DNA of 64,000 bases from assembly GCA_046348145.1 (NCBI GenBank), contig JAXMET010000010.1, positions 89,951-153,950 on the forward strand. The letters run 5' to 3'. Numbering within the stretch: the first letter of the stretch is position 1; each line of letters begins with the position of its first letter. Source of the stretch: Rubrivivax sp. GTDB taxonomy: Bacteria; Pseudomonadota; Gammaproteobacteria; Burkholderiales; Burkholderiaceae_C. Both the position numbers and the translations under genes were made by a program. The notes below the pieces were generated by a model. The model was given only the letters and a program-made list of their open reading frames with translations, was not told the origin of the DNA and made no database searches. Positions 1 to 12,304 of this stretch are shown in pieces.

Positions 1-661
<661 letters not shown>

Positions 662-687
662 TCACGACACCCGAGGGAGCAGAGCCG

Positions 688-969
688 ATGAAGGCCATCT
701 GGAACGGCGAGGTGATCGCCGAGAGCCACGACACCGTGGTGGTCGAAGGCAACCACTACTTCCCCGAGGCCAGCGTCCGACGTGACCTGCTGAGCTTCAG
801 CAACCACCGCACGCACTGCGCCTGGAAGGGCGAGGCGCGCTACCACAGCCTGCTGGTCAAGGGCGAGCTGAACCCCGACGCCGTCTGGTACTACCCCGAG
901 CCGAGCGAGGCGGCCGCGGCCATCAAGGGCCGCGTGGCGTTCTGGAAGGGCGTGAAGGTCGTCGACTAG
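688..969 (+). CDS. DUF427 family protein
   Basis: [23 protein letters not shown]...[11 protein letters not shown]...AVWYYPEP pattern; GGAG upstream. Confidence 0.85.
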   Translation: MKAIWNGEVIAESHDTVVVEGNHYFPEASVRRDLLSFSNHRTHCAWKGEARYHSLLVKGELNPDAVWYYPEPSEAAAAIKGRVAFWKGVKVVD

Positions 970-1043
970 CGCGCGGGCCGGCTGCATCCGGCGCGGCCCG
1001 CGCCGCGTACTCCGGTCTTCCACGACCGCCGGAGTCCAGCGCC

Positions 1044-2484
1044 ATGTCGACCCAGCCGTCGCCGCGCCAACGCCCCCGGCCGTCCACCGCCCGTGCCGTC
1101 GTGCTCGGCGCCAGCCTCGCGCGAACTGCTGGCCGCGCGCGTGCTGAGCGAGCACTGCCGCGAGGTGGTGCTGCTCGAACGCGACGTGCTGCCCGACGCC
1201 GCCGCGCCACGCAGGGCACGCCGCAGGCGGTTCACCCGCATGGCCTGCTGGCCCGCGGCCGGCAGGTGCTGGAGGAGCTGTTTCCCGGCTTCACGCAGTC
1301 GCTGGTCGACCAGGGCGGCCTGCTCGGCGACCTGCAGGCCGACGTGGCCTTCGAGGCCAGCCGGCAGCGCTACGCCGACGGCCACGCCGGCCTGCCGGCG
1401 CTGGCCGCGAGCCGCCTGGCGATCGAGGCCGAGGTGCGGCGCCGCGCTGGCCCGGCCCGGCGTGCACATCGTCACCGGCGTGCAGGTCCGCGCCGCCGCG
1501 CCATGAGCGCGGCGCGTCGTCGCCGCGCGCCGAAGGCCCGATGGGCAGTGATCGACGAACTGCCCGCCGTGCTGGTGGTGGACGACCTGGCCGCGGATCA
1601 CGCCCCGCGCGGCTGCAGGACTGGGGCTACGATGCCCCGCAGCGAGGAGCGTGTGGACATCGGCATCTGCTACACCAGCGCCTACTTCCGCCGCAGCGAC
1701 CGCTGCGCCATCGGCCCGGCCTGGAGAAGGTGGCGACGCTTCGGCGCCGTCACCAACGAACAGCCGCGACCCTCGGTCGTGATTGCCCAGGAAGCGGGCG
1801 CCGACGGTGTGCCGCGCTGGGTGGTGGGCGTGGGGGGCTTCCGCGGCGACCACGCGGCCGCGACGCTGCAGGCCATGCGCGAGCGCGCCGCCGACATCGG
1901 CAGCCCCGAGCTGGTGAAGATCACGCACGAGGGCGAGCTCATCGGCGACGTCATGCGCTACGCCATGCCGCACAGCCAGCGCCGCCGCTACGAGCGTCTG
2001 TCGCGGCTGCCCGAGGGCCTGCTGGTGATGGGCGACGCCATCACCAGCTTCAACCCGATCTACGGCCAGGGCATGACCGTGGCCGCCTGCGAAGCGCTGG
2101 CGCTGCGTGCGCAGCTGCAGCGCGGCGGGCCCGCCCGGGCCGGGCTGGCGCGGCAGTTCTTCCGCGCTGCGGCACGGGTGGTCGACACGCCCTGGCAGCT
2201 CGCCGTGGGCGGCGACTTGTCGCTGGACCGGGTGCCTGGCCACCGGCCGCTGCCGGTGCGGCTGGGTCAACCGCTACGTCGGCCGCATCCACCGCGTGGC
2301 GCCGCACGATCCCGTGGTGAGCCTGGCCTTCCAGCGCGTGGTGCACATGCTCGACGAGCCGACGGCGCTGTTCGCACCGCGCGTGCTGTGGCGCGTGCTG
2401 ACCGGCCGCACCGACCGACCGCTGGCGCAGGCCGCGCTGCCGGTGCCTCAGCCGCCGGCCGTGGGCTTGGGCTCGAGCGTGTAG
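1044..2484 (+). CDS. FAD-dependent monooxygenase/oxidoreductase, multiply frameshifted
   Basis: AVVLGAS dinucleotide start, [33 protein letters not shown]; C-terminus continues in ORF 2107-2484. Confidence 0.75.
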
Positions 2485-2948
2485 CGGAAGTCGCAGTGCG
2501 TCGCGCCCTTCATGATCGTCTGCGTGCGCTCGAAGCGGATGGCCGGGTTGTAGCCATGGCAGAACTCGCCGTCCCGATTGCATGACAGCGTGTCGCCCAG
2601 CTCGCCGATGCCCATCGAGCGATAGCTCTCGGCGTAGCGGCAGCGCGTGACGTTGAAGGCCAGCACGCGGTCGCTCTTCTCGACCCACTGGATGGTGATG
2701 CCGTCGTCCTTCTGCCACAGCGGCAGGATGGCGGCGTAGTCGCGCAGGTCGGGCGGGTTGGCGCCGTTCTCGTTGCCCGGCTTCTGGGCCGCGAACTGGC
2801 GCCCGGCCGCATGCGCCATCTCGGTGATGGCCTGGCGCAGCAGCGCGCGCGCGCGCTCCTCGCCCAGCTCGGCGGACAGGGTCTTCAGCAGCTGCGCCGC
2901 GAACGCGGCCTCGATGCGCCGCTGGTCCAGGATGCTCACGTCGGCCAT
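2448..2948 (-). CDS. L-2-amino-thiazoline-4-carboxylic acid hydrolase family protein
   Basis: [16 protein letters not shown]...LSCNRD...[18 protein letters not shown] pattern typical of the family. Confidence 0.8.
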   Translation of the reverse strand: MADVSILDQRRIEAAFAAQLLKTLSAELGEERARALLRQAITEMAHAAGRQFAAQKPGNENGANPPDLRDYAAILPLWQKDDGITIQWVEKSDRVLAFNVTRCRYAESYRSMGIGELGDTLSCNRDGEFCHGYNPAIRFERTQTIMKGATHCDFRYTLEPKPTAGG

Positions 2949-2996
2949 GCCGGTCTCCGGTTGAAACGCCTGCGCGATGATGCCGCAGCCGCGCGC

Positions 2997-5655
2997 TCAG
3001 GCGTGCTCGCGCCACCAGGCCGCGGCCTCGGCCGCGCGAGGACAGCGCCAGCTTGTCCAGGATGTTGGCCACGTGGCGCTTGACGGTGTGCGGGCTGATG
3101 TCGAGCGCGCGCGCGATCAGCTTGTTGCTGTCGCCGGCGGCCAGGCATTGCAGCACCTCGCGTTCGCGTGACGACAGCCCGTCGGCGTCCGCGTCCTCGT
3201 CCGGCACGGCCGACGACGCCGTTGCGCCGCGCAGGCCGGCTGCCCATGGCGCCAGCGCGCGCAGCTCGTCCTGCAGCGGCACGGCCAGCCGCTGGCCCCA
3301 GCGCGCGTCGGCCAGCGCCGACAGCACCGCCGGACCCGCCAGCAGGGTCTGGCCGCGCACGCCTTCGTCGCGCACGCGCTGCAGCGCCGGCGCCAGCGCC
3401 ACCGCCGCCTCGTCCAGGCGGCCCACCTGCAGCAGCGCGTGCGCGGCGCGCAGGCGCAGGTCCATGCCGTGGCCCATCACGTCGATGCGCCCCAGCTGCG
3501 GCAGCAGCCGCACGAAGCCCTCGGCCGCATCGGCCCAGCGCCCCTGCGCCGCGGCGTGGCGCGCGCGCACGCCGATGGCGCGGTGGTTGTCGGACGCGGC
3601 GCTGCGCAGCGGGTCCTCCTTGAGGAAGGTCGCCCAGTGCGCGATGGCCGTGGCACGGTCGGTTGCACCCAGCGTGTCGGCCATGCGCAGCCCGTAGATC
3701 GCCATGTGGTGCTGCCACAGGCGGCGGCGTTCGTCGCGCGCGCCGTCCTCGCGCGCGAACAGCCACTGCATCTGCCGCTCGACCTCGGCAGGCCGGCCGT
3801 GCACCGCGGCGGTGATCAGATGGACGATCGCCAGGCCCAGGTCGAGCTCGCCGCTGCAGGCCAGCCAGCGGCGGTCGGCCTCGACGGCGGCGGCCTCGGT
3901 CGCCGCCTCGGTCAGCCGACCCTGCCACAGCCGCGTGAACACGCGCAGCAGGTTGACGTCGGCGCGCATCGGCAGCGGCCGTCCGCCGATGCGTGCCAGC
4001 GCCCCCTGCACGTAACGTTCGATGAGCGGCGACATGCCCGGCACCGTGGTCCAGTTGAACGGCGGCACCGACTCCCACCAGGCCAGCAGCCCCTGCTGCG
4101 GCTGCAGCAGCTCGAGCAGTTCGCCGTACAGCGCCGGCAGCACGGCCATCTCGCCGCGTCGCAGGCGCTGCGCGCAGTCGGCCATCAGCGTGAGCCGGCG
4201 CGCGTCGGGCGACAGCGTGCGCGCCTCCAGCTGCGCGATCAGCGCCTCGCCGTCGGCGTTCTGGTCCATCGGGTACAGCGCGCCCGCCAGGTAGGCTTCG
4301 GCCAGGTCCTGCTCGGCGCGGTCGCCGCGCGCACGGGCGGCCACCTGCGACGCCTGCATCTGGCGCGACATGGCCTCCCAGTCCCAGCGCAGCGAGCTGG
4401 CCATGCCGGCCAGGCGCAGCAGCCGTGGAGAGGCGTCGCGCCAGGCGGGATCGAAGGCGTCGACCAGGCGTTGCAGCTCGCGCATGCCGCCGGTCAGCAG
4501 CATCTCCGGCGCGGCCTCGGCCAGCGCCTGCTCGGCACGCGCCCAGTCTCGCGCACGCAGCAGGTAGCCCACGCGGCGCGCGGCGTCGGGCTCGCTGTCG
4601 GCGGCGCGGCGCAGCAGCTGCGGCTCCTCGCCCGGCCAGCGGCGGCGCAGCCGCTCCAGCAGCGACTCGCGGAACAGGTCGTGCAGCACCAGCGTGCGCT
4701 CGTGCGTGTCGAGCACGGTGGCGAACAGGCCGCGGCGCTCGATCTCGTCGAACCAGCGTGCCGCATCGGCGTCGCCGCTGACCGCGGCGGCACGCACGGC
4801 CGTCATCTCGGGCAACACCGACACGCGCAGCAGGAAGTCGTGCAGACCCTGTGGCAGCCCTTGCAGCACCTCGCTGGCCAGGAAGTCGGACACGTCGCGC
4901 CCCAGTGCCAGCTCCCGCCCCGGGCGCTGCGGCGCCGTCAGCAGCAGGCGCAGCCCGGCCGGCCAGCCGCGCGTGCGGCGGTACAACTCGTCGGCGCGCT
5001 CGGCCGCGCCCTCGGCCGTGGCCAGCGCAGCCGCCTCCTCGGCGCTGAAGGCCAGCTCGTCCTGGCCGAACACGCGCAGCTCGCCGGCAGCCAGCCAGCG
5101 CGCCAGCGGCAGCGGCGGCATCACACGGCTGGACAGCACCACGCTCCACCCCTGTGGCAGGCGCTCGACCAGCGTTTCCAGCAGGCCGAACACCTGGCCC
5201 TGCGGCACGCGGTGCAGGTCGTCGAGCACGATCACGCCCTGCGCGCGCTCGGCGCCGGCCAGCGCGTTGACCAGCTCGGCCAGTGCGCGCTTGCGGCCGC
5301 TGTCGCCGTCCTGACCCACCAGCTGCGCCAGGGCCTCGGGGGCGATGCGCCAGGGCAGGTCGAAGGGCTCGAGCGCCGCGCACAGGCAGGCCATGAAGCG
5401 CGCGTCGTCGTCGTCGTCGTCCATCGACACCCAGGCCAGCGCTGCGCCGGCCGGCAGGCCTGCGGTCAGCGCCGCCAGCAGCGAGGTCTTGCCATAGCCC
5501 GCGGGCGCCTGCAGCAGCACCGTGCGCACGCTGCGCAGGGCGGCCGCCATCGCGCCCTCGAGCGCGGCGCGCTGCACGCGCACGCGGCGCTGACGCGGAG
5601 GCTGGATCTTGGTGGCCGCGAACAACACGGCCGGCAGGGCGAGCGTCGACTGCAT
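2997..5655 (-). CDS. MalT-like ATP-dependent LuxR-family transcriptional regulator (frameshift in last codons)
   Basis: TKIQPP start, Walker [27 protein letters not shown]-terminal [12 protein letters not shown]...[16 protein letters not shown]; likely true stop at 2997. Confidence 0.88.
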
Positions 5656-5709
5656 GGGAACGCCCGCATTGTGCGGGAGCGCGCCGCCACCGCCCGACGC
5701 GGCCGCCGC

Positions 5710-6435
5710 TCAGCCCGCGTGCCCGCCCAGGTAGGCGTCGCGCACGCGCGCGTCGTCCTTCAGCTCCGCGGCCGGCCCGTCCAGCACGAAGCGCCCGCCT
5801 TCCATCACGTAGGCGTGGTCGGCCACCGCCAGCGCGCCGCGCACGTTCTGCTCCACCAGCAGGATGGACATGCCGGCGGCGCGGATGCCGGCCACGAGCT
5901 GGAAGATCTGCTTCACGATCTTGGGCGCCAGGCCGAGCGAAGGCTCGTCCAGCAGCAGCAGGCGCGGCCGGCTCATCAGCGCGCGGCCGATGCACAGCAT
6001 CTGCTGCTCGCCGCCCGAGAGCGAGCCGGCCAGTTGTGTCAGGCGTTCGCGCAGCAGCGGAAAGCGCTGCAGCACCTCGTCGAGGGTGCGCTCGAAATCG
6101 GCGCGGGGCAGGCGCGCACCGCCCAGCACCAGGTTCTCGCGCACGCTCATGTTCGAGAACACCTGCCGTCCTTCGGGCGCCTGTGCCAGGCCGCGCGCGA
6201 CGATCTCGTGCGGTGGCCGGTTGGTGATGTCCTGCCCGCCGAAGGTGACCGTGCCTCCGCCGGCGCGGTAGATGCCCGAGAGCGTGCGCATCAGCGTGGT
6301 CTTGCCCACGCCGTTGGCGCCCAGCACGGTGACGATGCCGCGCTCGGGCACGGCCAGGCTCAGGTCGTGCAGGATCTGCTGCAGGCCCATGCGCACCGCC
6401 AGGCCCTGCACCTGCAGGATCGGCGCGCCCGTCAT
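5710..6435 (-). CDS. livF: Branched-chain amino acid-type ABC ATPase (LivF-like)
   Basis: GANGVGKTT, LSGGEQQMLCIGRALM, LLLDEPSLGLAP. Confidence 0.9.
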   Translation of the reverse strand: MTGAPILQVQGLAVRMGLQQILHDLSLAVPERGIVTVLGANGVGKTTLMRTLSGIYRAGGGTVTFGGQDITNRPPHEIVARGLAQAPEGRQVFSNMSVRENLVLGGARLPRADFERTLDEVLQRFPLLRERLTQLAGSLSGGEQQMLCIGRALMSRPRLLLLDEPSLGLAPKIVKQIFQLVAGIRAAGMSILLVEQNVRGALAVADHAYVMEGGRFVLDGPAAELKDDARVRDAYLGGHAG

Positions 6436-7193
6436 GCGCCCCCCTCGGTGCCCAGGTAGGCGTCCAGCACCGCCGCGTCGCGCTGCACCGCGGCCGGCTC
6501 GGCATCGGCGATCTTGCGCCCCGAGGCCAGCACCACCACGCGGCTGCAGATGCGCATCACCAGGCCCATGTCGTGCTCGACCAGCAGGATGGTCAGCCCT
6601 TCGGCACGCAAGCGCTCGATGAAACGCGACAGCTCGGCGGTCTCGGTCTCGTTCAGCCCCGCGGCGGGCTCGTCCAGGATCAGCAGACGCGGCTCGGCGG
6701 CGAGCGCGCGCGCGATCTCCAGCAGCTTGCGCTTGCCGTACGACAGGTTGGCCGCCAGCTCGTCGGACAGCCCGTCCAGCTGCACCTTGCGCAGCATCGC
6801 CTCGGTGCGCTCGCCCACCTGGCGCGAACGCTCGCGCCCGCCGCGCGTGAAGGCATCGGCCAGCCCGAAGCCCCGCACCGCGCCCACCGAGACGTTGTCG
6901 AACACCGTCATGTTGGGAAAGATGCGCAGGTTCTGGAACGTGCGCCCGATGCCCAGCCGCGCCACCTGGAAGGGCCGCAGCCCGTCGATGCGCCGGCCCT
7001 CGAACCACACCTCGCCCGAGGTGGGCGGCGTGACACCCGAGACCAGGTTGAAGAGCGTGGTCTTGCCCGCGCCGTTGGGCCCGATCAGCCCCACCAGCTC
7101 GCCGCGGCGCACCGTGGTGCCGACGCGGTCGACCGCGGTCAGGCCGCCGAAGCGGCAGGTCAGCTCGCGCAGCTCGAGCAGCGGCTGGTCCAC
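6432..7193 (-). CDS. livG: Branched-chain amino acid-type ABC ATPase (LivG-like)
   Basis: GPNGAGKTTLFN, RTFQNLRIF, LSYGKRKLLEIARALA. Confidence 0.9.
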   Translation of the reverse strand: MDQPLLELRELTCRFGGLTAVDRVGTTVRRGELVGLIGPNGAGKTTLFNLVSGVTPPTSGEVWFEGRRIDGLRPFQVARLGIGRTFQNLRIFPNMTVFDNVSVGAVRGFGLADAFTRGGRERSRQVGERTEAMLRKVQLDGLSDELAANLSYGKRKLLEIARALAAEPRLLILDEPAAGLNETETAELSRFIERLRAEGLTILLVEHDMGLVMRICSRVVVLASGRKIADAEPAAVQRDAAVLDAYLGTEGGA

Positions 7194-7202
7194 CGTTTGC
7201 CC

Positions 7203-8147
7203 CTACCAGCGCCCGCGGCCCAGCTGACGCCGCACCAGCGTGATCGCCGACACCTCGCCCACCAGCCCCCGGGGCAGGAACAGGATGGCCAGGAACAGCA
7301 CCAGCCCCACGGCGATCATGCGCCAGTGGCCCAGGTCGCGCAGGGCCTCGGGCAGCACCGACAGCAGCACCGCGCCGATCACCGATCCGTACAGGCTGCC
7401 CAGCCCGCCGACGACGATCATCGACAGCACCAGGATGGACTCACCGAAGCGGAAGCTCTCGGGGCTGATGTAGCCCGTGGTGTGCGCGAACAGCGCGCCG
7501 GCGACACCCGCCAGCGCGCAGGCCAGGCCGAAGCTCTGCAGCTTGAGGCGCCCGACGTCGATGCCCATCGCGTCGGCACAGGCGTCGTCCTCGCGCAGTG
7601 CGCGCAGCGCGTTGCCCCAGTAGCTGTGCACCACGCGGTGCACGATCCACAGCACCGCCAGCATCACCGCCGCCGTCACCAGCAGCTGAACCACCATGCC
7701 CTGCTGGCCGAAGACATTGATCGAGGGGATGCTGCGCACGCCCATCGGCCCGCGCGTCAACCCCACCCAGTTGAGCAGGGTCACGTAGATCATCTCGCCG
7801 ATGCCCAGCGTGGCCACCGCGAAGTAGATGCTGGTGAGCCGCATCGTGGGCACCGCCACCAGCGCACCCACCGCCGCGGACGACGCCGCCGCGAACGGCA
7901 GCGTGGCCCAGAACGGCCAGCCGAAACGGGTGGACAGCAGTGCCGCCGTGTACGCGCCGACGCCGAAGAAAGCCGCATGCCCCAGGCTCAGCAGGCCGGC
8001 CGAACCGGTGATGAGGTTGAGGCTGGCGGCCAGGATCACGAAGATCATCGCCGTGATCGCCACCTGCGACGCATAGCTCGACCCCGCCGCCACCAGCGCC
8101 GCCAGCACCAGCGCCAGCGCGCCCACCAGCGCCGCGTGCAGCTTCAC
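7203..8147 (-). CDS. livM: Branched-chain amino acid-type ABC permease (LivM-like)
   Basis: SLNLITGSAGLLSLGHAAFFGVGAY, YFAVATLG; GTG start overlaps the livH stop. Confidence 0.88.
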   Translation of the reverse strand: MKLHAALVGALALVLAALVAAGSSYASQVAITAMIFVILAASLNLITGSAGLLSLGHAAFFGVGAYTAALLSTRFGWPFWATLPFAAASSAAVGALVAVPTMRLTSIYFAVATLGIGEMIYVTLLNWVGLTRGPMGVRSIPSINVFGQQGMVVQLLVTAAVMLAVLWIVHRVVHSYWGNALRALREDDACADAMGIDVGRLKLQSFGLACALAGVAGALFAHTTGYISPESFRFGESILVLSMIVVGGLGSLYGSVIGAVLLSVLPEALRDLGHWRMIAVGLVLFLAILFLPRGLVGEVSAITLVRRQLGRGRW

Positions 8148-9058
8148 ATCTTCTCCCGCTTGAAGCCGAACAGCCCCGAGGGGAAGAACCACAGCGTGAC
8201 GAGCAGGAAGCCGTAGGACACCAGCGCCTTCCAGCCGTCGCTGAAGAACTGCGTCGCCACGGACTCCGACACGCCCAGCAGCAGCGCACACAGCACCGCG
8301 CCGGGGATGCTGGACAGCCCACCCATCACCATCGCGACGAAGGCCTTGACGCCGGGCTCGAAGCCCATGTTGGGGAAGATCGCGCCCTGGTACAGCCCCA
8401 CCAGGATGCCCGCCAGCGCGCCCAGCATCGAGCCCACCGCGAAGGTGGCGACGATGGCGCGCGTGGTGTCGATGCCGACGAACTGCGCGCCCAGCACGTT
8501 GTTGGACACGGCGCGGATCGACAGCCCCACGCGCGTGCGGTACAGCACCCACTGCAGCGCCGCCAGCATGGCCAGCGACAGCAGCAGGATCACCAGGTTG
8601 CCGTCGGTCAGCGTCACCGGGCCCAGTGGCACGGGCTTCTGCAGCAGGTAGGCCTGCGCGATGGTCTGCATCTCGCCCGAGAAGCGCAGCTCGAGCCCCT
8701 CGCGCACGATGATCGACACCGCCAGCGAGGACAGCAGCGTGGCCTCGCGCATGGCCTTGCTCTTGATCGAGGCCTCGTCGCGGAAGCGCCGGAAGGGTCG
8801 GAACGCGATGCGCTCCAGCGCCCAGCCCATCAGCGCTCCGCTGGCCAGCACCAGCGGCAGCACCACCCACAGCGGCGGCGCCATCGCCGTGATGAACAGC
8901 AGACCCACGAAGGCGCCCAGCGTGTAGATCTCGCCATGCGCGAAGTTCACGACGTTGAGCACGCCGAAGATCAGCGTGAAGCCGATCGCCATCAGCGCAT
9001 AGACGAGCCCGATCGACAGCCCGTTGACGAGCTGCTGCGCCAGCACCTCGAACGCCAT
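8144..9058 (-). CDS. livH: Branched-chain amino acid-type ABC permease (LivH-like)
   Basis: QQLVNGLSIGLVYALMAIGFTLIFGVLNVVNFAHGE. Confidence 0.9.
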   Translation of the reverse strand: MAFEVLAQQLVNGLSIGLVYALMAIGFTLIFGVLNVVNFAHGEIYTLGAFVGLLFITAMAPPLWVVLPLVLASGALMGWALERIAFRPFRRFRDEASIKSKAMREATLLSSLAVSIIVREGLELRFSGEMQTIAQAYLLQKPVPLGPVTLTDGNLVILLLSLAMLAALQWVLYRTRVGLSIRAVSNNVLGAQFVGIDTTRAIVATFAVGSMLGALAGILVGLYQGAIFPNMGFEPGVKAFVAMVMGGLSSIPGAVLCALLLGVSESVATQFFSDGWKALVSYGFLLVTLWFFPSGLFGFKREKM

Positions 9059-9110
9059 TTCAGCAACCGACGCCGCCGGGCGGCACCAGGTGGGCCCGCC
9101 TCCGCAGCAA

Positions 9111-9190
9111 CCAAGCGACCGCCGCGGATCCGGCTCCGCCGGTCCGCTGGCGGTGCCCCCTCGGGGGAGGGCCGCAGGCGCTTCGGGGGG
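9111..9190 (-). repeat. REP-like intergenic palindromic element, copy 1
   Basis: Reverse complement aligns with 15115-15198 (CCCCC..GCG.CTGCGG..CTCCCC..GAGGGGGC...GCCGGATCCGCGGCG..CGCTTGG). Confidence 0.8.
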
Positions 9191-9196
9191 ATCACG

Positions 9197-10304
9197 TCAC
9201 TGCGCGGCGACGAACTTGCCGCCCTTGATCTGCAGCTTGGCCAGGGTCTTGTTGGGCTCGCGCGTGGCCTTGTCGAAGGTGGTGGCGCCGGTCACGCCGG
9301 GGTAGTTGGCGGTGGCGGCCAGCGCGTCGCGCACCTGCGCACGCGTGGCGTTGGGGCCGGCCTTCTTCAGTGCCTCGAGCAGGATGCCGACCGCGTCGTA
9401 GGCCTGGGCCGCGAACTGGTTGGGTGCGCCGTTGTAGCGCTTGGTGTACTCGGCCACGAAAGCCTGCACGTTCGGCGCCGGGTTGTCGGCCACGAAGGTG
9501 GTCGACAGCAGCACGCCCTCGGCCGCGGGGCCGGCCAGCTCGAGCAGCTTGGGTGCGTAGAAGGGGCTGGCCGAGTACAGCTTGGCGCTCACGCCCAGCT
9601 GCTGGCCTGTTGCAGGATGAGCGCACCTTCCTCGTAGAACATCGCGAAGTAGATCGCCTCGGGCTTGGCCTGCGACACCTTGGTCAGGATGGCCTTGAAG
9701 TCGCGCGCGCCGGGGTTGAAGAGCTCGGTGCCGGTGACCTTGCCGCCGGCGGCCTCGAAGGCCTTGGCGAACTCGCCGGTGGCCGACAGGCCCCAGTCGT
9801 TCTGCAGGCCGATCACGGCCACGGTCTTGACGCCGGCCTCGCGCAGCCACTTCGCGTTGAACGGGCCTTCCTGCGCCTGCGTGGTGATGTTGCGGAACTG
9901 CCAGTTCGACACCTTGAGGAAGTCGGGGTGCGACGCCGTCTGGCTGAGCTGCGGCATGCCTTCCTTGCCGTAGACCTCGCCGGCGGCCATCGACGGCCCG
10001 CTGGCGAAGTCGCCCAGCACCGCGACGATGCGCTTGTCGTCGACGAACTTGCGCGCGATGTTGACCGCTTCCTTGGGGTCGGACTTGCTGTCCTCGTAGA
10101 CGATCTGCACCTTGCGCCCGCCCACGCCGCGGCGGCGTTGAACTTCTCGAGCTGCATGGTGGCGGCGTTCCTGAACACCTCACCGTACTGCGACTGCGTG
10201 CCCGTCAGCGGCAGCTGGTAGCCGACGAAGAGGTCCTGCGCCAGGGCGGCGCCGGACGAGACCGCCAGTGCGGCGGCGGCGAACAGGGTGCGAAGCGTTG
10301 TCAT
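9197..10304 (-). CDS. Branched-chain amino acid-type ABC substrate-binding protein (LivK-like), two frameshifts
   Basis: Signal peptide MTTLRTLFAAAALAV, LPLTGTQSQYG, YEDSKSDPKEAV, AAQAYDAVGIL, YPGVTGATTFD over three frames. Confidence 0.85.
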
Positions 10305-10389
10305 CGATGTCCTCCTGGGATGGGCCGGTCGCCTCCAGGCGATCCTGGCCGTGCGAAGCATTTGGCGTGCCCGCTGGCGCGGGCCGGGC

Positions 10390-10902
10390 TCAGGCCTGGG
10401 GCGGCCCGGGACGGATGTGCAGGCGGCAACAGCCGCCGCGCCCCGGTTGCCCGTGTCCGAGGTGATCGAGAAGCCGGCCTTCTCGAAGGTGCCGTAGTCG
10501 ACCACGCCGCCGATGTCGCACAGCGTGGCGATGGTGGCGTCGTCGAAGCCGGCGCCTTGCCGCTTCCTTCAGCGGGCAGCGGTGGAACTGGATCTCGAGC
10601 TCCTGGTCGGTGCACTGCACCACTTCGGGCTGGAACAGGTGCGGCGCCTGCGGGATGAAGGCGAGGAAACGGTCGCGCAGGCCGGCCAGGTCGGCCGGCG
10701 CGCAGGGCGCGAAGTGGTGCGCGATGGCCTCGCCGCGCTTGTAGATCGCGCGCTTGCAGACCTCGCGCGCCTTGTCGGCGCCGAACTCGGCCTTCATCTC
10801 CTCGTACATCGCGGCGTAGACCATCGCGCGGCTCTTGAAGGCGTCGCGCAGCTGGTCGATCAAGGCCTGTTCGCGGTCGGTGGGTGCGGTGGCGGTGGTC
10901 AT
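10390..10902 (-). CDS. Second ATC-hydrolase-family protein, with compensating frameshifts
   Basis: AEFGADKAREVCKRAIYKRG, FHRCPLKEA, then (shifted frame) LCDIGGVVDYGTFE, C-terminal CCRLHI. Confidence 0.7.
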   Translation of the reverse strand: MTTATAPTDREQALIDQLRDAFKSRAMVYAAMYEEMKAEFGADKAREVCKRAIYKRGEAIAHHFAPCAPADLAGLRDRFLAFIPQAPHLFQPEVVQCTDQELEIQFHRCPLKEAARRRLRRRHHRHAVRHRRRGRLRHLREGRLLDHLGHGQPGRGGCCRLHIRPGPPQA

Positions 10903-10979
10903 GGCGAGCAGCGTGGCCGAAGGGCCGGGATGTTACCGCCGGCCCTGCCGATAATCCCGGGCGCTTTCCAACCCTGCTC

Positions 10980-12304
10980 ATGAGCGACCTGAACCTTCAT
11001 CCCCGGCTGCAGCCGCCCTCGCTGTGGGCCCAGACCGCATCGCCGGCCCCCGCCACGGCCCCCCTGCCGCCGGGCGAGCACGCGGCCGACCTGGCCATCG
11101 TCGGCGCCGGCTTCACCGGCCTGTCGGCGGCGCTGCACGCGGCGTCGCGCGGGGTGCGCGTGGTGGTGCTCGAGGCCGGCGAGGTGGGCATCGGCTCGTC
11201 GGGCCGCAACAACGGGCAGGTGATCCCGACCTTCACGCGTGCCGACCCCGACGTGCTGGTGCAGGCTTTCGGGCCCGAGCAGGGCGAAGCCATCGTCGCG
11301 ATCCTGCGCGACTCGGCCGAGACGCTGTTCGACCTGGTGCGCCGCCACGGCATCGACTGCGAGGCGGTGCAGAACGGATGGGTGCAGCCGGCGCACCGCG
11401 AGAGCCGCCTGGCCGTTTCGCGCTCGCGCGTGGCGCAGTGGACGAAACGCGGTGCCGCGGCGCGCCTGCTCGACCGCGACGAGGTGGCCGCACTGACCGG
11501 TTCGCGCTTCTGGCACGGCGGCTGGATGGCCCCGAGCGGCGGCCACATCAACCCGCTGGCCTTCGCACGCGGACTCGCCCGCGCCGCCCTCGGCGCCGGC
11601 GCGCAGCTGCACACGCACACGCCGGTGCGCGGCCTGCAGCGCCACGGCAGCGGCTGGCAGCTGGGCACCGACGGCGGCGCCACCGTGCGCGCGCGCGCAG
11701 TGCTGCTGGCCACGCATGCCTACAGCGGCTGGTTCACGAGATCGCCCTGGCCGGCGCTGCCGCGCACGCTGGTGCCGGTGCGCAGCTACCAGATGGCGAC
11801 CGAGCCGCTGCCGCCCGCGCAGCTGGACGCGGTGCTGCCGTCGAACGTGGCCATGTCCGACACCCAGGCCGACCTGCACTTCGCGCGGCGCGACGCCCAG
11901 GGCCGCATCGTCACCGGCGGCGCGCTGGTGCTGCACGGCGACTTCGAGAGGCGGCTGCGGCAGCGCATCGGCGAGCGCCTCGTCAAGCTGTGGCCGCACC
12001 TGGCGCGCAGGGCCTGCCGCGCTTCGGCCATGTCTGGCATGGCGTGTTCGCCGCCACGCCCGACAAGCTGCCGCGCTTCTGGCGCTTCGACGACGGCGTG
12101 CTGGGCTGGATCGGCTGCAACGGGCGTGGCGTGGCCTTCGGCACCGCGGTGGGCCCGCTGCTGGCCGACGCGGCGCTGGGCGATGCGACGGCCCTGCGCA
12201 CCCTGCCCTTCGAGGCGCCGCGCGCCGTGCCCGGCCACGCCTTGGCCGACCTGGGCACGCGTGCGTTCACGCTGTACTACCGCTGGCTGGACCGGCGCGA
12301 CTGA
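10980..12304 (+). CDS. FAD-dependent amine/amino-acid oxidoreductase (DAO/PuuB-like), one frameshift near 12010
   Basis: SLW start, AIVGAGFTGLSAA, GSSGRNNGQV, INPLAFARGLA, C-terminal GCNGRGVAFGT. Confidence 0.85.

Noticed and set aside
2936-6505. Very long alternative-frame and antisense ORFs (e.g. 1189 aa here, 1287 aa at 39461-43324, 1078 aa at 19688-22924)
   Set aside because: Arg/Ala/Gly/Pro-rich shadow ORFs expected at this GC content, overlapping well-supported genes.
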